Assembly (NCBI GenBank): GCA_007376125.1
Contig: VMFQ01000016.1
Location: 1 to 48,272, forward strand
Direction: 5' to 3'
Length of the DNA stretch: 48,272 bases
From: Parcubacteria group bacterium Gr01-1014_33
Lineage (GTDB): Bacteria; Patescibacteriota; Minisyncoccia; Sungbacterales; HO2-52-23
Positions within the stretch are counted from its first letter, which is position 1. The number at the start of each line of letters is the position of its first letter. Positions 1 to 9,150 of the stretch are shown here, piece after piece. The notes beneath the pieces are model-generated. The model had not been told where the DNA came from, made no database searches, and saw nothing but the letters and a program-made list of their open reading frames with translations. The position numbers and the translations under genes were made by a program.

Positions 1-103
1 TGCTGGGTGGCGAGTGGTAGCGAGCGGCGGCGGACTGGCTTCCTTAGTCGGTTTTCCGTTCGTAGTAGGTTCGCGCAAAGTGTATAATTACAGCACCAGA
101 TAT

Positions 104-129
104 AAACAAAAGGCGTTCAACGGAACGCC
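104..129 (-). terminator. Rho-independent terminator after the 157..471 gene
   Basis: 7-bp stem GGCGTTC/GAACGCC (112..129) with loop AACG. On the minus strand it is followed by TTTTGTTT (104..111). Confidence 0.5.
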
Positions 130-156
130 CGGGAAAAATTTTCTATCAAGCGAATA

Positions 157-471
157 CTAAAGAATGATCTCACAACACTCCTTATCAAACAGGAGTTGAT
201 CAACAAATTTACCATTTTTCATCCACCATTGATATGCATCTGAACTTTTCTCTGATCGTTTTTCTAACAGTTTACCAAATGCGAGTTGCGCATCTACAAT
301 GTAGCCGTCCATATCGGAACGCTTCTTAGACAGTACTCTATGAAATTGGGGCTTATCTGCATGAGCATCCTCGGTCACAGGAATAATTGTAATCTCGCAT
401 CCTATCCACGCATCACGAACCCAGTCAGGCGCCTCGCCTTTCGGACGAGATGTTATACATATCTTTGCCAT
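157..471 (-). CDS. Hypothetical small protein (104 aa)
   Basis: The ORF is open 157..552. The internal ATG at 471 (MAKICITSRPKGEAP...) follows GGAGGGGAG. No recognisable domain. Confidence 0.5.
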   Translation of the reverse strand: MAKICITSRPKGEAPDWVRDAWIGCEITIIPVTEDAHADKPQFHRVLSKKRSDMDGYIVDAQLAFGKLLEKRSEKSSDAYQWWMKNGKFVDQLLFDKECCEIIL

Positions 472-545
472 GGCTCCCCTCCTTGATAGTGTAAATGAAC
501 TAAAAATTTTTATCTTAAGGGTACCACATTTCTCAAAAAAAATAA

Positions 546-1271
546 ATGCCATCTACTAAACTTCTCTACCTTGAAAATTTTTCGCTCCTTGAGTGTGAAT
601 CAAAAGTTTTGGAAATCCTCCCGGAGAACGAAAAGGTAACTTTAACTTTGGATCAGACCATATTTTATCCTCAAGGCGGAGGACAGCCGTATGATACCGG
701 AATTATTGAGTCGGCAAACGGAAAATTCATAGTTGAAGAAGTGCGCTCCACAGATGGATTAGTGCGACACATCGGAAAACTTGAAAACGGAAATTTCACA
801 AAAGGCGAGGAGGTAAAATGTTTGGTGGACGGCGCGCGACGAATGCTCCATAGCAGAATCCATTCGGCGGGGCATCTCGTAGATTGGGCTATTGAAAAAT
901 TAGGAATCCCATGGACTCCTGATCCTCGCGGATACCATTATCCGAATGGACCATATGTTACGTACAACGGCAGTCTGGATGGACTTGACAAAGAGAAGCT
1001 AAAAGCTGATATTGAGCAGTTGTGCACTGAAGCAATCGCAAAAGGCCGAGAAGTGAATATCCTATTCATGACTAAAGATGAAATGCAATCTATCTGCCGC
1101 TCTATTCCTAATAACCTGCCGGAACCCGCTCGGGTAATCATGTTTGGCAGTGACTTCGGGGTCCCTTGCGGCGGTACGCACGTGGCGAATTTGTCGGAGA
1201 TTAAAAGTGTGACAATTCGTAAAATTAAGCCGGAGGGAGAAAATATCAGAGTTGGGTATGACGTCTTATGA
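546..1271 (+). CDS. alaX: AlaX-type alanyl-tRNA editing protein (tRNA_SAD domain)
   Basis: 241 aa with the zinc motifs HSRIHSAGH (HxxxH) and CGGTH (CxxxH), typical of the Ala/Thr-tRNA synthetase second additional domain. Confidence 0.75.
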   Translation: MPSTKLLYLENFSLLECESKVLEILPENEKVTLTLDQTIFYPQGGGQPYDTGIIESANGKFIVEEVRSTDGLVRHIGKLENGNFTKGEEVKCLVDGARRMLHSRIHSAGHLVDWAIEKLGIPWTPDPRGYHYPNGPYVTYNGSLDGLDKEKLKADIEQLCTEAIAKGREVNILFMTKDEMQSICRSIPNNLPEPARVIMFGSDFGVPCGGTHVANLSEIKSVTIRKIKPEGENIRVGYDVL

Positions 1272-1387
1272 GGCCGGGTCTCGTAAACTTCGCCCAGTGT
1301 AATTCTTGACTTTTCTTTTCAAAAAGGTAAGATGTCTGCAGCACAACGGTATTGAAATCTCGCTAAATCCATGCAAGGAGGCAAATC

Positions 1388-1669
1388 ATGGTACATTGGT
1401 TTCTCGCGCGTGATGGAGACAATGTTGTTAAGTTGTTCCAACCAACGACAGGTATTCCTGACAATATTAAAGTCTGCCAGAACATCCTCAATGATGAGTG
1501 GGAGGTATTGAAAATCTTCAATGAAGAAACCTCTGCATTCCTTAGCTCTTTGTTTAATTTTGACCAAATCGCGTCCTACGGCCGAATCTTCGACTACTTG
1601 AATGAAATAATTGATGGTGTAGCAGAAGTTGCTCGAATACCTCTGTCACCAGAAGAGTCAACTTCTTAA
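1388..1669 (+). CDS. Hypothetical protein (93 aa)
   Basis: ATG preceded by AGGAGG 7 nt upstream, and a terminator follows. The antisense ORF 1319..1567 lacks these signals. Confidence 0.5.
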   Translation: MVHWFLARDGDNVVKLFQPTTGIPDNIKVCQNILNDEWEVLKIFNEETSAFLSSLFNFDQIASYGRIFDYLNEIIDGVAEVARIPLSPEESTS

Positions 1670-1698
1670 TAAACCTGAAATCGTGTAGCCCAAAGCCA

Positions 1699-1727
1699 AG
1701 TCCTGAAATATACAGGACTTTTTGTTT
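1699..1727 (+). terminator. Rho-independent terminator
   Basis: AGTCCTG-AAATATA-CAGGACT followed by TTTTTGTTTG. Confidence 0.6.
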
Positions 1728-1761
1728 GCTCATCAATGAAAAATCTGCTACATTCCATTCA

Positions 1762-2517
1762 ATGATCGTAAATCCCATAAAAACCCGAGTGCTTGTGCCG
1801 CCGCAGGATGATTTGCTTGCGGTTATTCGAGATGCGCTTCCTCGGCTTGAAGAAAACTCAATTCTTGCCATTACTTCAAAAGTAGTGAGTATTTGGCAAG
1901 GACGGTGCATTCCCAAAGAAAAGTTTCCGGATAAAGATGAACTTGTTAAAAAAGAGGCGGATAAATACTTATCCCGCGATGTGGTTCCGCAAAAATGGAT
2001 TATGCATACGATCAAAAATAATCTTTTTATCCCGACTGCGGGAATTGATGAATCAAATGCAAATGGATACTATGTGCTCTGGCCGAAAAATCCTCAAGAT
2101 ACCGCACGCGCACTTTACGATTGGGCACGTGAGACGTACAAAATAAAAAACATTGGTATTATTATTACCGATTCGCATACTATTCCCTTGCGGCGCGGAA
2201 CGCTTGGCATTTCGCTTGCTCACTTTGGATTTATTCCGGTGAAGGATTACCGAAAGGAAACGGATCTTTTCGGTCGGCCATTTGCCATGACACTTTTAGA
2301 CATTGCAGACGGCCTTGCGGCCGCGGCAGTGGTTGCAATGGGAGAAGGAAAAGAATCAACTCCGCTTGCACTCATACGCGATATTCCCTTTGTTGAATTT
2401 GTTGAAACGCCGCCTCCGGAAACATCCGATACCTCGCTTGAAATTCCAGAAAAAGAAGACCTCTATTATCCGTTTCTCTCAAGTGTTCCGTGGGAAAAAG
2501 GCGAAGGAGGAGTGTAG
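1762..2517 (+). CDS. CofE-like gamma-glutamyl ligase (F420-0:gamma-glutamyl ligase family, possibly folate-related)
   Basis: Motifs ITSKVVSIWQG, IPTAGIDESNA and IIITDSHT. ATG at 1762 was chosen because the upstream terminator overlaps the TTG at 1726. Confidence 0.65.
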   Translation: MIVNPIKTRVLVPPQDDLLAVIRDALPRLEENSILAITSKVVSIWQGRCIPKEKFPDKDELVKKEADKYLSRDVVPQKWIMHTIKNNLFIPTAGIDESNANGYYVLWPKNPQDTARALYDWARETYKIKNIGIIITDSHTIPLRRGTLGISLAHFGFIPVKDYRKETDLFGRPFAMTLLDIADGLAAAAVVAMGEGKESTPLALIRDIPFVEFVETPPPETSDTSLEIPEKEDLYYPFLSSVPWEKGEGGV

Positions 2518-3086
2518 CCGCTTCTTTTTAGCCGTTTGAGGACATAGTAGATCGCACATGTTGTTCCCATTCCCACCACTGCCCCGCCCGCAATATCGCT
2601 TGGCCAGTGGACGCCGATTGCGACTCGCGCCATGCCCACGAGAAGCGCGCCAATAAAAAATGGAATGCTCCATTTTGGACGATATAAAAATACCGCTGTC
2701 GCAAGCGCAAATACGACCGAGGCATGCCCGGATGGAAACGAGGACGTGTTTTTTTCGGCAATAAGATTTGCGTATTCTATTAAATTCCACATACCGTTGG
2801 TAATTGCAAAAGGTCTTGGCCGGTAGTACAAAAAGCGGATGAGTTCCGTAACACCCACGCGCGCAGTAAGCGCGGACAATGCCGTAAAGAGAGAAAGCGT
2901 AAGCGCGCCTCGTGAGGATTTCTGCCGTTCCAAAATACGGAAAAAAAACGGCAGAATAATGGCGCATGCGATCATCACAAACCAAAAGTATGTCGCAAAA
3001 AATATGATTACGCCGTCTAAAATCGGCGATACTCCCGCCCAAGAATTGAGAAAATAAAGTATAAAAAAATCTATCCCGCTTATCAT
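2466..3086 (-). CDS. PAP2-family phosphatase (undecaprenyl-diphosphatase-like membrane protein)
   Basis: PAP2 motifs SFPSGHAS and GVHWPSDIAGG, with multiple TM segments. The start overlaps the folD stop. Confidence 0.75.
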   Translation of the reverse strand: MISGIDFFILYFLNSWAGVSPILDGVIIFFATYFWFVMIACAIILPFFFRILERQKSSRGALTLSLFTALSALTARVGVTELIRFLYYRPRPFAITNGMWNLIEYANLIAEKNTSSFPSGHASVVFALATAVFLYRPKWSIPFFIGALLVGMARVAIGVHWPSDIAGGAVVGMGTTCAIYYVLKRLKRSGYTPPSPFSHGTLERNG

Positions 3087-3934
3087 ATTTTCGCAAGAGT
3101 TAGGAGATTTTTAAAAAGCATTGCAACGGTCAAAGGACCCACACCTCCGGGAACCGGAGTGATATGCGATGCCTTTTGAGAGACCGAATCAAAATCAATA
3201 TCGCCCACCAGTTTCCCTTCGGATTCGGATGTACCGGCATCAATCACGACTGCCCCTTCTTTTACCATGTCGCCAGTAACAGAGTGCGGCTTGCCTATCC
3301 CTGAAATGATAATATCCGCTTGCAGAATCAGTGATTGGGGATTCGGAGAATTTTCCGTAATCACGCTCACCGTCGCGCCTTGCTGTAACATCCAGAGCGC
3401 GATTGGGCGGCCCACCAAATTCCCCGCGCCTAAAATCACGATATTTTTTTCGGTATAAGGAATCGCATATTCTTCAAAAAGCGCCTTTACCGCTCCGGCA
3501 ACCGGAGGCATAATAGGGCTAAAGCCCGAGGCTCGCCCTGTAGGGTGTTTTCCGACTATAAAACTTCCGAGCGCGCGGCCGGACAGCATATCCACATCCT
3601 TTTCCGGAACCACCGAGTTTAAAATATATTGCTTATTTATCTGCGGAGGCAGGGGAAGTTGAATAATCACTCCGGTATTTTTTTTCTCGTGCACGATTTC
3701 GGCAATACGCTTGCGAAGTTCGTTTGTGGTAATCGCCTCTTTAAAGGGATACACTCGGACGTCAATCCCGATTGATTCTCCGGTTTTCTTTTTTTGCTCT
3801 ATAAATTTTCTCACCACCGGATCCTCGCCCACCACGACAACCGCGAGCCGGAGTTTTCTCGGAAACTTCTTTATTTCTTCGGCAAGTCCCGAAAGAATTT
3901 TTTGCGAAAGCGCTTTTCCATCAAGTATTATCAT
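3083..3934 (-). CDS. folD: Bifunctional methylenetetrahydrofolate dehydrogenase/cyclohydrolase
   Basis: 283 aa. The N-terminus MIILDGKALSQKI, GAGNLVGRP and VPGGVGPLTVAML are characteristic of FolD. Confidence 0.9.
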   Translation of the reverse strand: MIILDGKALSQKILSGLAEEIKKFPRKLRLAVVVVGEDPVVRKFIEQKKKTGESIGIDVRVYPFKEAITTNELRKRIAEIVHEKKNTGVIIQLPLPPQINKQYILNSVVPEKDVDMLSGRALGSFIVGKHPTGRASGFSPIMPPVAGAVKALFEEYAIPYTEKNIVILGAGNLVGRPIALWMLQQGATVSVITENSPNPQSLILQADIIISGIGKPHSVTGDMVKEGAVVIDAGTSESEGKLVGDIDFDSVSQKASHITPVPGGVGPLTVAMLFKNLLTLAKI

Positions 3935-4020
3935 GCTCTAATGCTACATTAAAAAAACAAAAGAAGGAAGTTCATTTCCTTCTCGTTGGTTGATACTCTT
4001 TTTTGAGGAACAAATCTGCG

Positions 4021-4233
4021 CTACCACAATACGCCAATCTTAGACAGCTTGTAGAGTGTAATCACCGCTGTTCCTAAACCGATAACGCCGAGGAAAATCC
4101 CCCAGATCATACACAACCTGCGATCACGAGGCGATTGAGGTAAATTTGAAGTGCCGGAGCGAAGCCGCCTATAGAGAAATATAATTACGACGATTACGAA
4201 AAAAGAGAAAAAGATTAATGCTATCGTCCGCAT
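4021..4233 (-). CDS. Small membrane protein (70 aa)
   Basis: ATG at 4233 preceded by GGAGGAATAACA. Two hydrophobic helices. Confidence 0.45.
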   Translation of the reverse strand: MRTIALIFFSFFVIVVIIFLYRRLRSGTSNLPQSPRDRRLCMIWGIFLGVIGLGTAVITLYKLSKIGVLW

Positions 4234-4279
4234 TGTTATTCCTCCTACCAAGTGGATTTCAAGGATGATAGGAACCACA

Positions 4280-4558
4280 TCATATTTTTTTTTTGGGATC
4301 CTGCGGAGAATTGGATTTGGAACCGGGAAAATACGTTTCAAATAGAGCAGAAAGAAAAATAGCAAGAATAACGAGAAAGAATCCGGTAAAAATGCCTGAA
4401 GTTGCAAGAACAGCTATGGTCATATTGCCAAAGTCCGCCTTACCGCGAAGAATCGCAATCATATTACCAAGAGGACTCCCATCCGCCCAGTACAGAAAAT
4501 AGATCCATCCCACCAACATTATCGCTACGGATCCAGTAAACTCTAATGTCTTCTGCAT
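4280..4558 (-). CDS. Small membrane protein (92 aa)
   Basis: Hydrophobic ORF with no recognisable domain. Confidence 0.4.
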   Translation of the reverse strand: MQKTLEFTGSVAIMLVGWIYFLYWADGSPLGNMIAILRGKADFGNMTIAVLATSGIFTGFFLVILAIFLSALFETYFPGSKSNSPQDPKKKI

Positions 4559-4573
4559 TTCTGGTTCCTCCCT

Positions 4574-4761
4574 TCAAGTCGCAAACCTTTTGCAAAGATC
4601 TTTTATCTTATTCAGTGTCGCCCGTGCCGCATCTTTTGTCAACGCCTCGTGAATCAATTCCGCAATCACTTTCATTTCTTTTTCTTTCATCCCCACACCT
4701 AAAGTATAGGCGTGGGGATAATGCCGCGGGTGGTTACCGAGGAAGTGCCAAGACGGATGCC
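4574..4761 (-). pseudogene. glyA: Displaced 3' fragment of a second glyA allele (last ~52 codons)
   Basis: Encodes ...MKEKEMKVIAELIHEALTKD...DLCKRFAT, against the intact glyA C-terminus MKEKEMKVIAELIHEALTKD...DLCQKFRI. 56 nt are identical (4635..4690 = 6287..6342). It is interrupted by a 32-nt insertion. Confidence 0.8.
4691..4722. repeat. Mini palindromic insertion with an AT duplication inside the glyA remnant
   Basis: Intact copy reads tttctttcAT|gccgcggg; the remnant reads tttctttcAT-ccccacacctaaagtataggcgtggggata-AT-gccgcggg. The arms are CCCCACACC/GGCGTGGGG. Confidence 0.65.
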
Positions 4762-4769
4762 TAAAAAAA

Positions 4770-5213
4770 TCATCCGACCAAAGTGTTAATACTTTTTCGT
4801 TCACTCCATTCCTCAAGAAAAGCAATTTTCCGTTTTACTTCGTCAAATAAAATTCCTGACCGAGAAAATACTCCTTCGCGGCCAAGGATCGGCGGAACGT
4901 GAGCATCTACAAATATCATTGGGATGTGCAATCTGAATCCATTAAACTCTGCTTTCACGTTGTGTCGGTAACCAAAAAATTCTTCGGCAAAAATTCCACG
5001 CACAATCAATCTTTTTCCACCGGCAACGTGTATTCCAAGTTCAGCCGCATCACTCGCAGGGAGAACACTTGTGGTCGCTCCAGAATCTACATGAAAGAGA
5101 GCGCGTATGCCACGCCCCCCATTTCCTAATATAAAAAGTTCAGCCGCAGGAAAAACCTCTATACGGCTATCTTCTCGAAATTGAATCCCATAGGGAAAAA
5201 CAAAACGGCTCAT
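4770..5213 (-). CDS. Retropepsin-like (clan AA) aspartic protease
   Basis: Active-site signature FHVDSGATTSVL (D-S-G-A). ATG at 5213 forms an ATGA overlap with the upstream ORF stop. Confidence 0.65.
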   Translation of the reverse strand: MSRFVFPYGIQFREDSRIEVFPAAELFILGNGGRGIRALFHVDSGATTSVLPASDAAELGIHVAGGKRLIVRGIFAEEFFGYRHNVKAEFNGFRLHIPMIFVDAHVPPILGREGVFSRSGILFDEVKRKIAFLEEWSERKSINTLVG

Positions 5214-5413
5214 ACGCGATATACTACGGTCAGCCCCCTTGGCACGCTTACTACGAGTATATCGCGCCATGTCGTCTTTGGGAACTTGCGACGCGCCTTC
5301 ATTAAAACCTCGCTTGTCGTCATCCCCGACGCAATAATTTTTTCTCTCACAATCGCCACTTGCTTCCCTCCGTATTTTTTGACATCAATAATGGGAGTAA
5401 CAGTTTTTTTCAT
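5210..5413 (-). CDS. Small protein partnered with the protease (resembles DUF5678)
   Basis: 67 aa, KKYGGKQVAIVREKIIASG pattern. Translationally coupled to the protease by ATGA. The family call is from memory. Confidence 0.45.
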   Translation of the reverse strand: MKKTVTPIIDVKKYGGKQVAIVREKIIASGMTTSEVLMKARRKFPKTTWRDILVVSVPRGLTVVYRV

Positions 5414-5480
5414 AACTCTATTCTACCATGACGTTTATCAAAAATCAAAAAGGAAGCGCGATGGCTTCCTATTGCTATTG

Positions 5481-6212
5481 CTAAAAAGTGGCGACATAAG
5501 GGTTCTTCCTTGTAAATTTTGTAAGATAGTACTTTGGTGCGTTGATAACTCCTTCCTGGATATTTTCCATGTTAAAAAGATTTTGATCCAACCGAAAGAG
5601 AGAATCATAATTTATGAATGCGCCCTTATAGGCGAGTACCCTCGCAATCTCCTTTTCAACCTCACTGCAATACGCATCGTTATCAATGATAAATCCATCT
5701 AAACCAGCTGCAAATATGCACACTGAACTATCAGGAAGCAATCGTAAAAATCCAAGTGCATCTTGCTTGACCAAAGTAGCAGGAATAAGTTCTTTTTTAT
5801 AATATCTTTTTATTATGTATCCCCACGAACGTCCGGGTTCCGCATATTCAAACTCCGCCTTTAAGTCATCGAGATGGTATGGTTCTACACCGATATATCC
5901 TCGTGCGTTAGCAAACATTGCGATACGATAGCCATTCTCGGTTGCCCCCGCACCCAGATCTACAATAATTTGACCATTAAATTCCCTTAGAAAATCCAGA
6001 AGCCGATCTTTCGTAGCGGCTCTCGCGCTCGCTCTCACAAGCTCATCTGATCGCGGAGTTGCCAAATCTGGTGTTGGAGAACGATTCCTAAACCATGTTG
6101 ATTGAGTTTCAACACTGGAATTGATAGATGGGATAAGGTATTCCGCTTGGACAATAGGGATAGCTATACTCTCTCGCTCTTGCTCTGGATCCAATTCGGG
6201 TTGTTCTCTCAT
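5481..6212 (-). CDS. Class I SAM-dependent methyltransferase-like protein
   Basis: Motif I IIVDLGAGATENG. ATG at 6212 lies 13 nt after the glyA stop, with GAAGGGG upstream. Confidence 0.5.
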   Translation of the reverse strand: MREQPELDPEQERESIAIPIVQAEYLIPSINSSVETQSTWFRNRSPTPDLATPRSDELVRASARAATKDRLLDFLREFNGQIIVDLGAGATENGYRIAMFANARGYIGVEPYHLDDLKAEFEYAEPGRSWGYIIKRYYKKELIPATLVKQDALGFLRLLPDSSVCIFAAGLDGFIIDNDAYCSEVEKEIARVLAYKGAFINYDSLFRLDQNLFNMENIQEGVINAPKYYLTKFTRKNPYVATF

Positions 6213-6225
6213 CAATTTTACCCCT

Positions 6226-7485
6226 TCATATCCTGAATTTTTGACAAAGATCTTTCACACCTCTTTTAATACCAGATACAGTATCCTTTGTCAACGCCTC
6301 GTGAATCAATTCCGCAATCACTTTCATTTCTTTTTCTTTCATGCCGCGGGTGGTGACTGATGGAGTGCCAAGGCGGATGCCGGACGGATCAAACGGGGAA
6401 CGGGTGTCGTAGGGAATTGTGTTTCTGTTTACCACAATTCCTACGGCCTCTAATTTGTCTTGCGCTTCTCTTCCTGAAATTCCCATGTTGGTTAAATCAA
6501 TCAGCATTAAGTGGTTATCGGTGCCTCCCGATACTAATTGAAATCCGAGTTTTTGCAATGCATGTGCGAGCGCTTTTGCATTCTTCACAATCTGGTGTCC
6601 GTATTTTTTGAATTCCGGACGCATTGCCTCGCCCAATGCCACCGCGATTGCCGCGGTCTGGTTGTCATGCGGTCCACCTTGGAGCCCGGGGAATACCGCA
6701 CGGTCAATTGCGCGGGCAATGCTTACCTCCTTTTCATTTACTTTTATCATCTTATCATTTCGTGCAAATATTAATGCACCCCGCGGACCGCGAAGAGTTT
6801 TATGGGTGGTAGTTGTCACCACATCTGCATACGGGAAAGGAGAAGAGTGGGCACCTGCCGCAATGAGCCCTGCGATATGCGCCATATCAACCATAAAAAA
6901 TGCTTTTACCTCTTTTGCAATTTTGCCGAATTTTTTAAAATCTAGAGTGCGTGGATATGCAGTAGTTCCCGCAAGAATTAGTTTTGGTTTTTCTCGTCGT
7001 GCGAGCGTATGCACTTCGTTATAATCTATCAATCCTTTTTTATCTACTCCGTAATGTATTGGCTTAAATAGCCGACCGGAGAAATTTACTGGATCACCAT
7101 GACTAAGATGTCCTCCACATGAAAGATTAAGTCCCATAAATTTATCCCCGAGCTGAAGTAAAGCGAAATAAACCGCCATATTAGCAGGGGAACCGGAAAG
7201 CGCCTGCACGTTTACTCCCCATTCTTTACCGAGCCGAAATACTTTCCGCGCCCGTTCTTGCGCCAAAATTTCAATTTTATCCGCAACCGCATTCCCCGCA
7301 TAATACCGCTTTCCCGGATACCCTTCCGAGTATTTATTGATAAAAGACGAACCAACCGCTTCAAGCACCGCATGAGAAACAATATTTTCCGAAGGAATCA
7401 AATCAAGCGTCTCTTGCTGACGCTTTGTTTCTTCGGCAATCAATATTGTCACCTCAACATCGCTTTTCTTCAACTCTCCAGACAT
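6226..7485 (-). CDS. glyA: Serine hydroxymethyltransferase
   Basis: 419 aa with LIPSENIVS, GYPGKRYY and TTTTHKTLRGPRG (PLP lysine region). Confidence 0.95.
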   Translation of the reverse strand: MSGELKKSDVEVTILIAEETKRQQETLDLIPSENIVSHAVLEAVGSSFINKYSEGYPGKRYYAGNAVADKIEILAQERARKVFRLGKEWGVNVQALSGSPANMAVYFALLQLGDKFMGLNLSCGGHLSHGDPVNFSGRLFKPIHYGVDKKGLIDYNEVHTLARREKPKLILAGTTAYPRTLDFKKFGKIAKEVKAFFMVDMAHIAGLIAAGAHSSPFPYADVVTTTTHKTLRGPRGALIFARNDKMIKVNEKEVSIARAIDRAVFPGLQGGPHDNQTAAIAVALGEAMRPEFKKYGHQIVKNAKALAHALQKLGFQLVSGGTDNHLMLIDLTNMGISGREAQDKLEAVGIVVNRNTIPYDTRSPFDPSGIRLGTPSVTTRGMKEKEMKVIAELIHEALTKDTVSGIKRGVKDLCQKFRI

Positions 7486-7508
7486 GGAATTAAAAACAAA
7501 ATCACGCC

Positions 7509-8201
7509 TTATTTGATAAAACTCAACACATATTTCCTGTTTATCAAAAATTCAAGGTTTACCACCTTTTTTTCGGTAAGCAGATAAAGGAGATTATTGA
7601 GTATAACATACGCGCCCGCTATACCGAATGTAAAAAGAATTCGCTCCATCGCCACCACCGGAATCAGAGACACCCATACGGGCTTGGGAAGATGAAACGC
7701 CCAAATCCATAATGCTCCACCCACCGCATGGGCGGTAAATGTCGCTCCGAGCGAGCGGGCGACAAGCGAACGATCGCGGAAAAAATGACACGCAATAGGG
7801 ATGAGCCAGTATAAAGAATAATACCACACTGAACGGCCAACAGGATGAAGATTAAAAACGGCAATCGCAATGAGCGGGATAAGAACATTTAATTTACCTT
7901 TTCTCCCAAAATAAAGCGCGGCAAAGAGCATGGGAAAAAATCGGATAATCGTTCCTGCATCCACTACTTCCGCTCCGTGAAGCAGAAAATTAAAAAACTG
8001 CATCAGCGCCACGGCAATGATTCCCGGAATCGTTCCAATAAATCCAGCCGCGATTGGCCCAAAAAAATCAAAGAGTGTAAAACTGACACGCGATCCCGCA
8101 AGTCGCGTAAAAGGGACTTGGAGCGCGCCAAGCCCGAGAAGAGCAAAAATGACAATAAAAAGCAGATTTCTTCTATGAAAATAGTTTTTAAAATTTTCCA
8201 T
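7509..8201 (-). CDS. Polytopic membrane protein (possible vitamin/folate-type transporter, by context only)
   Basis: About 6 TM helices. Sits between glyA and the DHFR-like gene. No motif recognised. Confidence 0.5.
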   Translation of the reverse strand: MENFKNYFHRRNLLFIVIFALLGLGALQVPFTRLAGSRVSFTLFDFFGPIAAGFIGTIPGIIAVALMQFFNFLLHGAEVVDAGTIIRFFPMLFAALYFGRKGKLNVLIPLIAIAVFNLHPVGRSVWYYSLYWLIPIACHFFRDRSLVARSLGATFTAHAVGGALWIWAFHLPKPVWVSLIPVVAMERILFTFGIAGAYVILNNLLYLLTEKKVVNLEFLINRKYVLSFIK

Positions 8202-8210
8202 GATACTGCA

Positions 8211-8714
8211 TTACTTTATTACTTTGTAATGGAGTACGAACGTTTGACTGCTTAATTTTCTAATATTGAGAAGCTGGAGCGAAAAGTCCTTTCTCATATT
8301 TTCGAATATAGCGATGCTGCGGCCAAAAATTTTTGGCTCCACCGTAATCATCATTTCATCCACCAGTCCTTTTTCTAAAAACTGGCTATACACTGACGCG
8401 CCGCCTACAACTGCGACTGAATGAAACCCGCGTTTTTCCAGGTCCTTTAGAACTTCCTTAAGAGGCCTGGCGGTAAATTCTACAAAATTCTTTTTTGTTT
8501 TTGGCATGCGACGGGTAAGCACAATGCGCATCCATCCCGGTCGGAATTGCTTTACCGCATCATACGTTGCCCTTCCCATAATCGCAACCCCGTGTCGCCG
8601 CATCTCCGCGAAAAAAAATTTCCTGTCTTCCGGAGAATTCCAACGCACCTCTTCTTTGCGCGAGTGAGCAATTTTACCGTTGAGGGTCATTACTGCATAA
8701 AAGATTACTTTCAT
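8211..8714 (-). CDS. RibD C-terminal domain / dihydrofolate reductase-like protein
   Basis: MKVIFYAVMTLNGKIA..., IMGRATYD and VVGGASVY resemble PF01872-type reductases. Confidence 0.7.
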   Translation of the reverse strand: MKVIFYAVMTLNGKIAHSRKEEVRWNSPEDRKFFFAEMRRHGVAIMGRATYDAVKQFRPGWMRIVLTRRMPKTKKNFVEFTARPLKEVLKDLEKRGFHSVAVVGGASVYSQFLEKGLVDEMMITVEPKIFGRSIAIFENMRKDFSLQLLNIRKLSSQTFVLHYKVIK

Positions 8715-8744
8715 GTTATTGTAACGCCAATACGCGAATAAATA

Positions 8745-9137
8745 CTACGGTAATTGAGCATTAACAATTCTTTTTGGCTTTAGGTACTTCTGACAGAAAT
8801 TTACCAAGATTCCTAATTTTAATTTCGATGCCTCTAAGTAACGGAGTAACTGATAATACTCTACTTTGCCCATGAATATGATTGCCTTGATCTCAACCAC
8901 AATCTTATTATCTATAATGAAATCCGCTTTATTCTTATCCATGCCCGTAATCGAAAGCAACTTTTCGCGCTCATAGGGGAGTTTCTCCTCTTTTAAGAAT
9001 ACCTCAATGACATCACAATATTGTTTTTCCCGCGCGTGCCTTCCTAATGTATTATGCGCCTTATACAAAATACCAAAAATCGTATATGAAAGCTCTTTGT
9101 GCAGGAGGTCTTTATTATTAGCGTCATTCGCATGCAT
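8745..9137 (-). CDS. GxxExxY-family (PD-(D/E)XK-like) protein
   Basis: 130 aa. ELSYTIFGILYKAHNTLG..EKQY, DFIIDNKIVVEIKA and LLRYLEASKLKLGILVNF match the family layout. Confidence 0.6.
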   Translation of the reverse strand: MHANDANNKDLLHKELSYTIFGILYKAHNTLGRHAREKQYCDVIEVFLKEEKLPYEREKLLSITGMDKNKADFIIDNKIVVEIKAIIFMGKVEYYQLLRYLEASKLKLGILVNFCQKYLKPKRIVNAQLP

Positions 9138-9150
9138 TCGCGTATTGGCG

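Noticed and set aside
4574-4825. The 83-aa ORF listed in the track, considered as a real small gene
   Set aside because: Its C-terminal two thirds is the displaced glyA 3' fragment. Its N-terminal part is an out-of-frame read through the 32-nt palindromic insertion. It is treated as a pseudogene remnant.
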